Source: an uncultured Candidatus Saccharibacteria bacterium
Lineage (GTDB): Bacteria; Patescibacteriota; Minisyncoccia; Ryanbacterales; HO2-45-13
Reading direction: 5' to 3'
Assembly: GCA_964354975.1 (NCBI GenBank)
Contig: CAYHBS010000005.1
Span: 1 to 62,807 of the forward strand
Length of the DNA stretch: 62,807 nt
A program made the position numbers and the translations under genes. The notes beneath the pieces were generated by a model. The model did no database searches. It was not told where the DNA came from and saw nothing but the letters and a program-made list of their open reading frames with translations. Shown piece by piece: positions 52,374 through 60,877 of this stretch; position 1 is the first letter of the stretch; every line of letters starts with the position of its first letter.

Positions 52374-52589
52374 ATGAATACAACAAAAACAATTCGATAT
52401 TTTTCACGAAATCTCTCAATAGTGATTGGGTTGGTGCTTATTTGGCGTGGGGTCTGGTATATTCTTGATGCAATTGATCTGCTCCTTTATGGTGGCTCAC
52501 ATGTGATTACGTCACTTGGTGGGATTGTCTTGGGTCTTGCGATTCTATACTTTCCTGACCACGATCTAAAAGAAATACAGAAGCTCTAA
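52374..52589 (+). CDS. small two-TM membrane protein (71 aa)
   Basis: ORF track. Two hydrophobic helices (LSIVIGLVLIWRGVWYIL, ITSLGGIVLGLAILYF). Confidence 0.45.
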   Translation: MNTTKTIRYFSRNLSIVIGLVLIWRGVWYILDAIDLLLYGGSHVITSLGGIVLGLAILYFPDHDLKEIQKL

Positions 52590-52592
52590 ATC

Positions 52593-53282
52593 CTAGACGC
52601 CGAGTGCCAAGCGCGCTGAAGCATTACGGTGGATGAGCTCGTCATTTCGGAGTGAACGAAAAAACTCATATTGATTCTTCGGTGAACGTCCATACACGGT
52701 GAGAAAAGCGCTATCGATTGGTTTGCCGCGAAGTTCCGCCTCATGCGTATCAATAAATTCTTGATACTGCTTCACAGCGTGCGATTCAAAAATATAGTTA
52801 ATTTCCTGCGAGATTGCAGGTTTAAACAATGCAAGCAGATAGGAAACCCAAAAAAAAGAGAGTGCAAATAGGAGTGGGCCGAGGTAGTGGCGAATGAATC
52901 CCGCGGGCATTTCCTTGCGTGCGAGTTCAGAAATCACAACAACGTGCATGGTTTCATTATCATGTGCGAGACGGGCATACTTTGCGGTGCGCAAAAGCTC
53001 AAGCGCGCGCACGTTATTTGTATACATAAAAGTCTGCATTGTATATGCCGCAGACTCCCAGGAAAAATACGGCACGCGCGCCGCAACTTCAATTGCACGA
53101 AATTTCAAATACGATGCCTGGTGACCATAGAGTATATTTCCAGTGCCCACAATCGCGGCTCCAAGCACACGGGAAATCCACCGAAGTTGAAAGTCTCCGT
53201 ACTCCCCGTTCATTGCGTCAAACTCTGTGGAACTGTTGAGTCTCGCATTCAGCTCTTCGTGGGCTTCGTGTGTAAGTTCCAT
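52593..53282 (-). CDS. alternative oxidase (AOX/PTOX)-like di-iron carboxylate protein
   Basis: Four iron-ligand motifs in AOX order and context: AIEVAARVP (LET.A..PG), DNETMHVV (NERMHL), YIFESHAVKQYQEFI (YLEEEA..Y.EF) and RNDELIHRN (RADEA.HR). Confidence 0.68.
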   Translation of the reverse strand: MELTHEAHEELNARLNSSTEFDAMNGEYGDFQLRWISRVLGAAIVGTGNILYGHQASYLKFRAIEVAARVPYFSWESAAYTMQTFMYTNNVRALELLRTAKYARLAHDNETMHVVVISELARKEMPAGFIRHYLGPLLFALSFFWVSYLLALFKPAISQEINYIFESHAVKQYQEFIDTHEAELRGKPIDSAFLTVYGRSPKNQYEFFRSLRNDELIHRNASARLALGV

Positions 53283-53520
53283 ATAGTGTAATAAAAATAA
53301 TACGACTCACGCCGCATTATGAATTTATTTCTTTCCTTTTTGAGATCCACGCGGCACCTTCTTCCCACCGCGAAGACCCGCATTCTTCGCACGCCCACCA
53401 AGCCGCGGGGCTTGCGTTAAATGCGCCATGCGTTCCTTGTCATACTTTGGTATCTGCTTCTTCATATAGTGTCCGTGACGCTTCTAATATGTTCATCGTA
53501 CGCCTGCCCGCGCGCGGTGT

Positions 53521-54975
53521 CTATTTATCTAAATTAAGAATTTCATCGATGCGCACTTGCTTCACAAATTCTGGCACGTGACTGACAAGAATCATCGCGC
53601 CTTGGTACTTACTTAATGCCGTTGCAATGACGGGGATGTGACGAAAATTGATGTGGTTTGTTGGCTCATCAAGAAACAGGATTCCTGGCTTCATGAGCAC
53701 AAGTTGCGCAAATGCCACAAGCCCCTTTTGTCCCTCCGAGAGTGTGCCAATACGCGCGCGAATAAGGTCCCCGAGAATCAAAAACTGTCCTGCGGTCGCG
53801 CGAATGTGCTCCTCCACTGGCATGGCCATCACGCGAGAGAGCGCCTCGCGTACCGTCTCGTTGGGATCCAGTGTAGAAAAATCTTGACGGTAGTATCCCA
53901 CGCGCACACCATCTGCAAGTGTCGCCCCTTTTGCCTTTCCTGTGGCGAGCGCCTCAAGGAGCGTACTCTTTCCGATACCGTTGGGACCTAAAAGCAGTAA
54001 GTGCTGATTACGTCCAAGTGAAATGTTTGCCTTCCTCTTAATGACCTTGTGATCCTTCATGATGGAATACTCCGAAATATGAATGAGCTCACCCACCAGA
54101 TCTGGTTGAGATGGAATCTCAAACTTACGAATTGTTTTGTCTTCAGCGCGCACATCCACCACCTCTTCTTCAAGCTCCTCGATTTTATCCTTCATTTTTT
54201 TCGCTACGTCGCGCATCTTTCCTCCCTTCTTGGCAAAAAAGTTTGCCTTTTCTTTCCGCTCCTGAATTTCTTTTTCCAGTTGTGCATTCTTTCGGTTTTC
54301 TCGCTCAATACGCGCTGAAATATCCTTCACCACGTCAATATAGTTTCCGGAGTACATTTCAATCTTATGCTTGAACACATCCAAGTACAGCACTCCATGC
54401 GTAAAAGCATTCAAAAATTCAGCATCGTGCGAAATCACCACGCAGGTTTTTTTGTATTCCTCCAAATATTCCGTGAGATGCTCAATCCCTGCTTTATCTA
54501 AATTGTTTGTGGGTTCATCGAGGAGCAACACGTCGGGATTTTGAATAAGCGCCGATGCGAGAAGAAGTCTCGCCTGCTGTCCTCCGGAAAATTCCGAAAT
54601 TTTCTTGTCATGGTCTGGCACCTTGAGGTTCACGACCGCAAGCGCCTTATCAATGCGCGGATCAATATCGTAGATTTTCTTATCAAAACATTTTTCAAAA
54701 AATGCCCGCACGGAAAGGTGTAAATCGGATGGTGAAATTACCTGCTTCGCAGTAGCAATCGACACGCTCGGAGAAATATGAATATCACCCCCTTCGGGAC
54801 GAATTTCCCCGGTAATCATTTTAAAAATGGTACTTTTACCTGCGCCATTCTGACCCATGAGGGTAATCTTCGTGCCCCGACGCACGATAAAATCCACCTC
54901 TTCAAGAAGCGGTTTATTTTGCTGGTAGTGAAACGACACTTTGTCGAATCGAATAATAACGTCTTTTGTTGCCAT
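53521..54975 (-). CDS. ABC-F family ATPase (two fused ABC domains, no TM)
   Basis: Two Walker A motifs (GQNGAGKST, GPNGIGKST), two LSGGQ-type signatures (FSGGQQARL, LSEGQKGLV), and a charged inter-domain linker. Confidence 0.9.
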   Translation of the reverse strand: MATKDVIIRFDKVSFHYQQNKPLLEEVDFIVRRGTKITLMGQNGAGKSTIFKMITGEIRPEGGDIHISPSVSIATAKQVISPSDLHLSVRAFFEKCFDKKIYDIDPRIDKALAVVNLKVPDHDKKISEFSGGQQARLLLASALIQNPDVLLLDEPTNNLDKAGIEHLTEYLEEYKKTCVVISHDAEFLNAFTHGVLYLDVFKHKIEMYSGNYIDVVKDISARIERENRKNAQLEKEIQERKEKANFFAKKGGKMRDVAKKMKDKIEELEEEVVDVRAEDKTIRKFEIPSQPDLVGELIHISEYSIMKDHKVIKRKANISLGRNQHLLLLGPNGIGKSTLLEALATGKAKGATLADGVRVGYYRQDFSTLDPNETVREALSRVMAMPVEEHIRATAGQFLILGDLIRARIGTLSEGQKGLVAFAQLVLMKPGILFLDEPTNHINFRHIPVIATALSKYQGAMILVSHVPEFVKQVRIDEILNLDK

Positions 54976-55071
54976 ATGAATCCACTCCGCCGGCTAGCAG
55001 ACTGCAGATGCTCAATATTACAACAAATCTTGCCAAAATTCTAGCGCTGTGTACTTCCACACGCACTATGT

Positions 55072-55077
55072 TAGTAT
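55072..55077 (+). promoter_or_regulatory. extended -10 TGtTAGTAT placed 6 nt before ATG (leaderless layout)
   Basis: TG-t-TAGTAT-gcgcgc-ATG(55084). Confidence 0.4.
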
Positions 55078-55083
55078 GCGCGC

Positions 55084-56364
55084 ATGAAAAATGTGTACGG
55101 AACACATTGGGACGTCGTCGTCGTTGGTGGAGGGGCTGCAGGAATGATGGCGGCAGGGCGCGCGGCAGAACTTGGCGCGCGTGTAATTGTCATTGAAAAA
55201 AATGCGACGCTCGGCAAAAAACTCCTCATTACCGGAGGCGGTAGATGCAACGTCACCAATGCGGAATTTAATAATCACACGCTCTCGAGTCACTTTCAAG
55301 AAGATGGAAAATTTTTACTTTCTGCGTTTTCAAAGTTTGCTGTAAAAGACACGCTCGAATTTTTCCATACGCGCAACATGCCTACAAAAGTTGAACATAT
55401 GGGCCGCGTATTCCCTACCACTGATACAGCGGCGTCGGTCTGGAAAGTCCTTGTGGGCCATATGCAATCAGGGAAAGTGACGGTACTCCCTAATGCTCCA
55501 GTCGCGACACTTCTACACGAAGACGAACACATCACAGGTGTTCGGCTCAAAAATGGAAAACTGATCGAAGGAGATACGTACATTATTGCCACTGGCGGCA
55601 ACTCGCGCCCAGAGACCGGATCGTCTGGTGACGGATTTATGTGGCTTAAAAATATTGGGCACACAGTGTTCGATACTCATCCTGCGCTCGCCCCTCTCAT
55701 GATAAAAGACATGTGGCCACGCGCACTCCACGGCCTTACACTGCCCAATATCGCCCTCACTTCATATTTGAATGGAAAAAAACAAAAGCGACGCACGGGC
55801 GCGCTCTTATTTACACATCTCGGTATCAGCGGACCCACCGCACTCAATATGAGTAGTGATATTGCAGAGCTTCTCAAATACGGAGTTGTCACACTCACGC
55901 TTGATCTCCTGCCAAGTGCGACCGTGGAAGCACTGGGTGTAAACGTGGATAACATCGTCGCCTCCCAACGTGGAAAGAAAATGAAAAATATCCTCACGGG
56001 TTTTATTCCAAATCGACTCGTACCCACTGTGCTCGCACTTGCGGGAATTGACTCTGAACTTGTTGCCCATCACCTCACGCGTGCTCAACGCTTGATGTTG
56101 ATGCGCACCATGAAAGCACTCCCCATGAGAGTTAAAAAACTCCTTGGATCTGATAAAGCAATTTCCACGGGTGGTGGCGTAGCGCTCACCGAAATTGATT
56201 TTAAAACCATGCAGTCGCGAAAATTCTCCAACCTATATCTCATTGGGGACATCTTAAATATCAATCGCCCGTCGGGCGGATATTCTTTGCAGGTGTGCTG
56301 GACGACCGGATATATTGCGGGCACGCACGCAACGCACATTATTCCATTGGTACCTCAACGATAA
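55084..56364 (+). CDS. HI0933/BaiN-family NAD(P)/FAD-dependent oxidoreductase
   Basis: DVVVVGGGAAGMMAAGRAAELGARVIVIEKN..GKKLLITGGGRCNVTN, and C-terminal GGYSLQVCWTTG. Confidence 0.85.
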   Translation: MKNVYGTHWDVVVVGGGAAGMMAAGRAAELGARVIVIEKNATLGKKLLITGGGRCNVTNAEFNNHTLSSHFQEDGKFLLSAFSKFAVKDTLEFFHTRNMPTKVEHMGRVFPTTDTAASVWKVLVGHMQSGKVTVLPNAPVATLLHEDEHITGVRLKNGKLIEGDTYIIATGGNSRPETGSSGDGFMWLKNIGHTVFDTHPALAPLMIKDMWPRALHGLTLPNIALTSYLNGKKQKRRTGALLFTHLGISGPTALNMSSDIAELLKYGVVTLTLDLLPSATVEALGVNVDNIVASQRGKKMKNILTGFIPNRLVPTVLALAGIDSELVAHHLTRAQRLMLMRTMKALPMRVKKLLGSDKAISTGGGVALTEIDFKTMQSRKFSNLYLIGDILNINRPSGGYSLQVCWTTGYIAGTHATHIIPLVPQR

Positions 56365-57040
56365 GTATGCGTACATTGGACAGTGCGTGCATCTCGACTT
56401 TCGCGACGTCCCATACTCCAACGGCGTCCCGCGGACCAAGTGTGGCCCCCGCAATCATGCACTTTCCTGCGACCACAAAAAAATAGACGCCATGCGCGAC
56501 GTTTTGAATATCGTAAGAGCTGAGCTCATCTTTCTCGAGATGCGCATTCCAAATGTGTGCGTCTTGATGAATGAATAGCGCGCCGTCACTTTTATCTCCC
56601 GACACAAGGAGTGTGCGTTTTGCGTTCGTCCGAAATGCACGCTGATCATAGCGGGGTGGCACTCCAGTAATTTTTGGACGAATCCATAATTGAAACAGCG
56701 CGAGGCGTTCTGTGCGCGATGCGTTGAGCTCGGCGTGTACCACACCGGTACCGGCCGACATTACCTGCACCTCACCCACGCTCACCGTAAACGCATTTCC
56801 CATACTATCGCGATGCGCAACTGCGCCTTCGGTCACAATCGTAACGATTTCCATATCTTTGTGCGGATGCATGTCAAACCCCTTTTCGGGCTCAACAACA
56901 TCATCGTTCAGCACCCGCAGCACGCCAAATCCCATCCGATTCGGGTTAAACCAATCTGCAAAACTAAAACTAAAGCGTGTATGCAGCCATCCATGCTCTC
57001 CCACACCGCGCTCGCTTGCAGGATGAAAAACTGATTGCAT
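56339..57040 (-). CDS. pirin-family cupin protein
   Basis: HPHKDMEIVTIVTEGAVAHRDSMGN (pirin metal-binding motif). Bicupin length. The 3' end overlaps the convergent flavoprotein gene by 26 nt. Confidence 0.9.
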   Translation of the reverse strand: MQSVFHPASERGVGEHGWLHTRFSFSFADWFNPNRMGFGVLRVLNDDVVEPEKGFDMHPHKDMEIVTIVTEGAVAHRDSMGNAFTVSVGEVQVMSAGTGVVHAELNASRTERLALFQLWIRPKITGVPPRYDQRAFRTNAKRTLLVSGDKSDGALFIHQDAHIWNAHLEKDELSSYDIQNVAHGVYFFVVAGKCMIAGATLGPRDAVGVWDVAKVEMHALSNVRILIVEVPME

Positions 57041-57043
57041 ACG

Positions 57044-57562
57044 CTAGAGTTTCCGGAAAGAAATATACACCTGATAGTCCTGTTGCTTTACCGGAACACC
57101 TTCTTCCGGATATGGTTTGACCTGTTGTATCGCAGTCTCGATATTGAATACGGCGTCAATTTCACGCTCCACTAATTCCAATTGTTCCGTTACTCCATCT
57201 TTTGAGGCAGTAAATTTAACTCTTGCTTCTCCCTGCCAAATACACACCACACCAATTGCACACCTACTATCTTCAACTTGTTCTATGGTAAACATCACAC
57301 CTCCATATGTGACGGACTCTCCTACATAGAGCATGGAATTCTTTTTTGGTCCCTCCGTATCTCGTGGAGAGTTCGGGCATTCGGCAAATTCACAATTCGG
57401 TCCCACGCGTCCCACTGCGGTGCCGTCGGGACAAATTTTTGCCTCCATCGTGCATCCAATAGGCTCGTTATTTTGATCCCCCAAGAGAAGCACCGCGCCA
57501 GCAATGGCAAGCAAAACAAGCACCGCACCGATAGAGAGTAAGCGTTGTAATGTATTAGTCAT
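57044..57562 (-). CDS. membrane-anchored/exported hypothetical protein (172 aa)
   Basis: N-terminal hydrophobic anchor (LLSIGAVLVLLAIAGAVLLL) and a Cys-rich stretch CTMEAKICPDGTAVGRVGPNCEFAECP. Confidence 0.5.
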   Translation of the reverse strand: MTNTLQRLLSIGAVLVLLAIAGAVLLLGDQNNEPIGCTMEAKICPDGTAVGRVGPNCEFAECPNSPRDTEGPKKNSMLYVGESVTYGGVMFTIEQVEDSRCAIGVVCIWQGEARVKFTASKDGVTEQLELVEREIDAVFNIETAIQQVKPYPEEGVPVKQQDYQVYISFRKL

Positions 57563-57620
57563 CGCAGTGAATTATTCTCTTTATATATTGAAGCATTAAT
57601 ACTCACTCCTGCATAGAAAA

Positions 57621-57646
57621 TGGGAGGGATCCGAAGACCTCTCCCA
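57621..57646 (-). terminator. terminator after the glycosyltransferase/PDT operon
   Basis: TGGGAGG..CCTCTCCCA hairpin followed on the minus strand by ATTTTCTAT. Confidence 0.5.
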
Positions 57647-57653
57647 TTATTGA

Positions 57654-58520
57654 TCAACTGCCAGGCACCGATCCGAGCAACGTCAGATACGTGGATATAT
57701 CTTTCAATGACGCCCAGATGCGCTTCCCGCGCTCCGAGTAAATGTGGCACGCAAACTCGACGTAAAAATCATATGCATATGGACTTCCCGTGGGAAGCGC
57801 ATGAAGTGCATTAATTCCGACGCCCTCATATCCAATCGCCGCTCCTAACCAGGCAATCGCACGTGGGCGGTTGCGCAAGGTAATACACAAAACACTTTTT
57901 TCCTCCGCTCCCGATATGCTAGCGAATTCATTCCCATATAGTTGGAAGCGTGTCTTATTTCCTAGTCGGTCTGCAATATCTTCTTTGTACACGGTGAGTC
58001 CATATTCTTTCGCAGCCGCACCGGAAGCAATTGCAAAGTACCTATAGTATCTGTCGCTCGTGGCAACAAGGCACGCCGCCTCTGCGGTGCTCATGGTGGG
58101 CATGACGGGAACGGAAAGTCCCGTTAGATATTTGCTACACTGAGCTGCGGCGTGTGGGTGCGTCAATACTCCTAGTACCCCATCCCACTCTTGCCCGAGG
58201 CCAGAGCGCCCGAGCACTTTGTGCTCTACCGGCAACCAGAAGTCCCCCTTGTAGACGATGTTCCGATTCTTCAGGTAGCGCAGGGCAAGAAGCCCCTCAA
58301 GCACAAGGCCCGAAGTGGTATTCTCCACGGGGATGATAGCAAGTTCTGTTCGTTCGTTTGCGAGATGTACCGCTTCTGCGATTGAGGTAGTACAGAGAAC
58401 ATTCGTCGATGTCCTGCGGCCGGTTGAAATTCTTGTTTGCGCCTTCACTGCCGCTTCGTAACTATATGAACCTCTCGGTCCCATAGCATATATCGCGTCC
58501 CATTCCTGTTGACTACCCAT
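57654..58520 (-). CDS. pheA: prephenate dehydratase-like protein (PDT + ACT domains)
   Basis: SD AAGGAGG lies 7 nt before ATG 58520. Motifs: YAMGPRGSYSYEAA, IPVENTTSGLV, THPHAAAQC, NKTRFQL (TRF motif), ACT-like C-terminus. Confidence 0.72.
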   Translation of the reverse strand: MGSQQEWDAIYAMGPRGSYSYEAAVKAQTRISTGRRTSTNVLCTTSIAEAVHLANERTELAIIPVENTTSGLVLEGLLALRYLKNRNIVYKGDFWLPVEHKVLGRSGLGQEWDGVLGVLTHPHAAAQCSKYLTGLSVPVMPTMSTAEAACLVATSDRYYRYFAIASGAAAKEYGLTVYKEDIADRLGNKTRFQLYGNEFASISGAEEKSVLCITLRNRPRAIAWLGAAIGYEGVGINALHALPTGSPYAYDFYVEFACHIYSERGKRIWASLKDISTYLTLLGSVPGS

Positions 58521-58745
58521 GAGCGAACCTCCTTGTTCAATCTGCACAGATACTACCTCTGTGCGACGTCCGTCGCAAGTATTGATCCTATTCTATTATC
58601 GTCCTCATCGTCCCCTTCCCAATCATCTTCATCCTGGTCATCATCTCCCCCATAACCGGCGCAAACCATGCGAAATATGGTGTTGCGCGCCACGTTCCAT
58701 AATCATTATCCAGAACCACAGGATACTTTATGCCATGCTACATCG

Positions 58746-59837
58746 TTACGAGTCTCGTTCAATATTTCCATATAAATATTTTATCATAGCCTTAAAAAGA
58801 CTTTCATATTCGCCAACCATGCGCTCCACCGTAAAGCGGGCCTCAACGCTTTCCCGACAAGCTTGAGAAGATATTTTTGATATATCGTGTACGGCATCAA
58901 CCATGGTATCGACCGTATCTACAATATATCCATTCACCCCGTGTGTAATAATTTCAGGCACAGAGCCTCTTGGAAAAGCGATGACTGGGGTACCGCAGGC
59001 AAGCGCCTCAATCATGACAAGCCCGAATGGTTCTTCCCATTTGATGGGGAAAAGCAGACAGCGCGCTCTTTTCAAATATTCGATTTTTGCCGAAAAATCT
59101 ACTTCGCCAACATACCGTATTAACGTTCCGTCAATAAGCGGGCGCACATCATTTTCAAAAAATTCTTTATCAACTGCGTCCACCTTCGCCGCTATAATAA
59201 GCGGCATGTTAACTTTTTTTGCGACCGCAATCGTCTCCAAAATTCCTTTCTCAGGCATAATTCTGCCAAGAAACAAAAGATAGTCCTGCTTGCTCTTTTC
59301 TAACGGAAAGAGTTCTATGGGAATTGCGTTATAAATTACCTTGGTGTTTGGAAAAAATGTTACTCTGCTCTTTTGGTTCTCACTGATAAAAACCATCCTG
59401 TGCCGGTACAAAGACGTGTGGGTGCGGTAATATTCAATGTTACGTGGAAGGTCGGTCGTATTATGAAATGTCAGCACAACTGGCTTTTTAAACCGGTCAA
59501 GAAGGTTCACGTCTTGCGCGTCAATATTCATTTGAAAAATGATTGGCTCATAGTTGAAATGAATACAATCAAATTCATCCTGACGATCAAGAATGGTACG
59601 AAGCTGTTTTTCTTCCCAAGTGCGGTGTTCTTTAGGGTGTTCGCTTGTCGGGTATGGTGTGGTCTCAACCCGCGTGATACCCTCGCCCGTGATAGTTGAG
59701 CCACCCGCACAAAATACCGTCACCATGTGACCCCGGGCTGCAAGTCCTCTTGCAATCTCGTCGACAATAAGTTCGATTCCGCCATATTTTTTTGGAGGAA
59801 CCGAAACCATCACCGGCACAACAATCGCAATCTTCAT
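58746..59837 (-). CDS. GT4-family (GT-B) glycosyltransferase
   Basis: MKIAIVVPVMVSVPPKKYGGIE N-terminus and the EX7E region (FPIKWEEPFGLVMIEALACGTPVIA). Confidence 0.85.
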   Translation of the reverse strand: MKIAIVVPVMVSVPPKKYGGIELIVDEIARGLAARGHMVTVFCAGGSTITGEGITRVETTPYPTSEHPKEHRTWEEKQLRTILDRQDEFDCIHFNYEPIIFQMNIDAQDVNLLDRFKKPVVLTFHNTTDLPRNIEYYRTHTSLYRHRMVFISENQKSRVTFFPNTKVIYNAIPIELFPLEKSKQDYLLFLGRIMPEKGILETIAVAKKVNMPLIIAAKVDAVDKEFFENDVRPLIDGTLIRYVGEVDFSAKIEYLKRARCLLFPIKWEEPFGLVMIEALACGTPVIAFPRGSVPEIITHGVNGYIVDTVDTMVDAVHDISKISSQACRESVEARFTVERMVGEYESLFKAMIKYLYGNIERDS

Positions 59838-60877
59838 ATACGGCGCGCCTCTATAAGCTTGCTATAAACGTCGATATATTTTTTTGCCATGAGGGAAAGA
59901 TCAAAACGCTCTTCCGCTTCCTTTCTCGCCTCAATCCTCGAGAGTTTGGCGACGTTTGATGCCGCCGTGATGAATGTGTCTTCGTCACCAGCAATAAACC
60001 CCGTCACTCCATCGCGCAATATCTCTGGAACGGCGCCGTTGTTAAGCGCTACGACGGGCGTACCGGAAGCAAGCGCCTCAACGATAACAAGCCCGAATGC
60101 CTCATTCCATCGCGAAGGGAAAAGCAACGCATCCGCATCTTGAAGCAATCGGTTTTTTTCTTCATGCCCGACTTCCCCGCTAAAAATAATTGTTTTTCCA
60201 TCAACGTAAGGAAACACCTCCGTGTCCAAAAAACTCTTATCTTCCTTCCGCATCTCTCCCGCGATGGTAAGTCGCGCCCCCAAGGACCGCGCCGTCTTCA
60301 CTGCAATATCGACTCCCTTGTTTCTTGAAAGAGTGCCTAAAAATACAAAACCATTCCCGTCTCCTTCTGTGCGAGATTTAAATAACTTGGTATCAATGCC
60401 ATGATAAACCGTGGCAACATAGTGCAACATTTTCGCAAGATTCCGCTGAGCATTGCTGATAGACACAAAAGCTGCTTCCCGAAAAGCCTCAGCAAGGGAG
60501 GGAAAGTCTGGTGGCGCACTCGAATGGAGGGTTGTGACCATAGGGATTGGCAAAAGGGGTGCCAGGGCGTTGGGATGAAAGCCCATATGGTTGTGCACAA
60601 CATCAAAGTCTTTTGCACGCCTTGCGAGTTCAAAAAATGATAAAAACTCATATTGTTGTATTCCATTCCAGTCAAAACCTCCAACCAGCTCATACATCGG
60701 ACGTGCAATAATTGGGACCAAAACCCCGCTGACCTCGGAGCCTCCGCATGCAAACGTTGTGACGGAATGGCCGAGTTCATGCAAACCTTTTGCAAGGTTT
60801 GCAACCACTAATTCAGTACCGCCGTATTTCTCAGGAGGAATTTTCTTCCAAAGCGGCGCAAGAATCGCTATATTCAT
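59834..60877 (-). CDS. GT4-family (GT-B) glycosyltransferase, paralog of the downstream gene
   Basis: MNIAILAPLWKKIPPEKYGGTE, FPSRWNEAFGLVIVEALASGTPVVA. 4-nt overlaps on both sides. Confidence 0.85.
   Translation of the reverse strand: MNIAILAPLWKKIPPEKYGGTELVVANLAKGLHELGHSVTTFACGGSEVSGVLVPIIARPMYELVGGFDWNGIQQYEFLSFFELARRAKDFDVVHNHMGFHPNALAPLLPIPMVTTLHSSAPPDFPSLAEAFREAAFVSISNAQRNLAKMLHYVATVYHGIDTKLFKSRTEGDGNGFVFLGTLSRNKGVDIAVKTARSLGARLTIAGEMRKEDKSFLDTEVFPYVDGKTIIFSGEVGHEEKNRLLQDADALLFPSRWNEAFGLVIVEALASGTPVVALNNGAVPEILRDGVTGFIAGDEDTFITAASNVAKLSRIEARKEAEERFDLSLMAKKYIDVYSKLIEARRI

Noticed and set aside
53298-53310. TAATACGACTCAC, a 13-nt match to the recognition half of the phage T7 class III promoter
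   Set aside because: The initiation half (TATAGGGAGA) is absent and the sequence continues GCCGC. There is no phage RNA polymerase or other phage genes in the window, and only a single occurrence. It is most likely coincidence within the AT-rich AOX upstream region.
53325-53465. 46-codon basic ORF on the minus strand (MKKQIPKYDKERMAHLTQAPRLGGRAKNAGLRGGKKVPRGSQKGKK) in the AOX/ABC-F spacer
   Set aside because: There is no SD, no -10 at the leaderless offset and no terminator. The composition is suggestive, but the evidence is too thin to call a gene. Checking frame conservation in relatives would be worthwhile.
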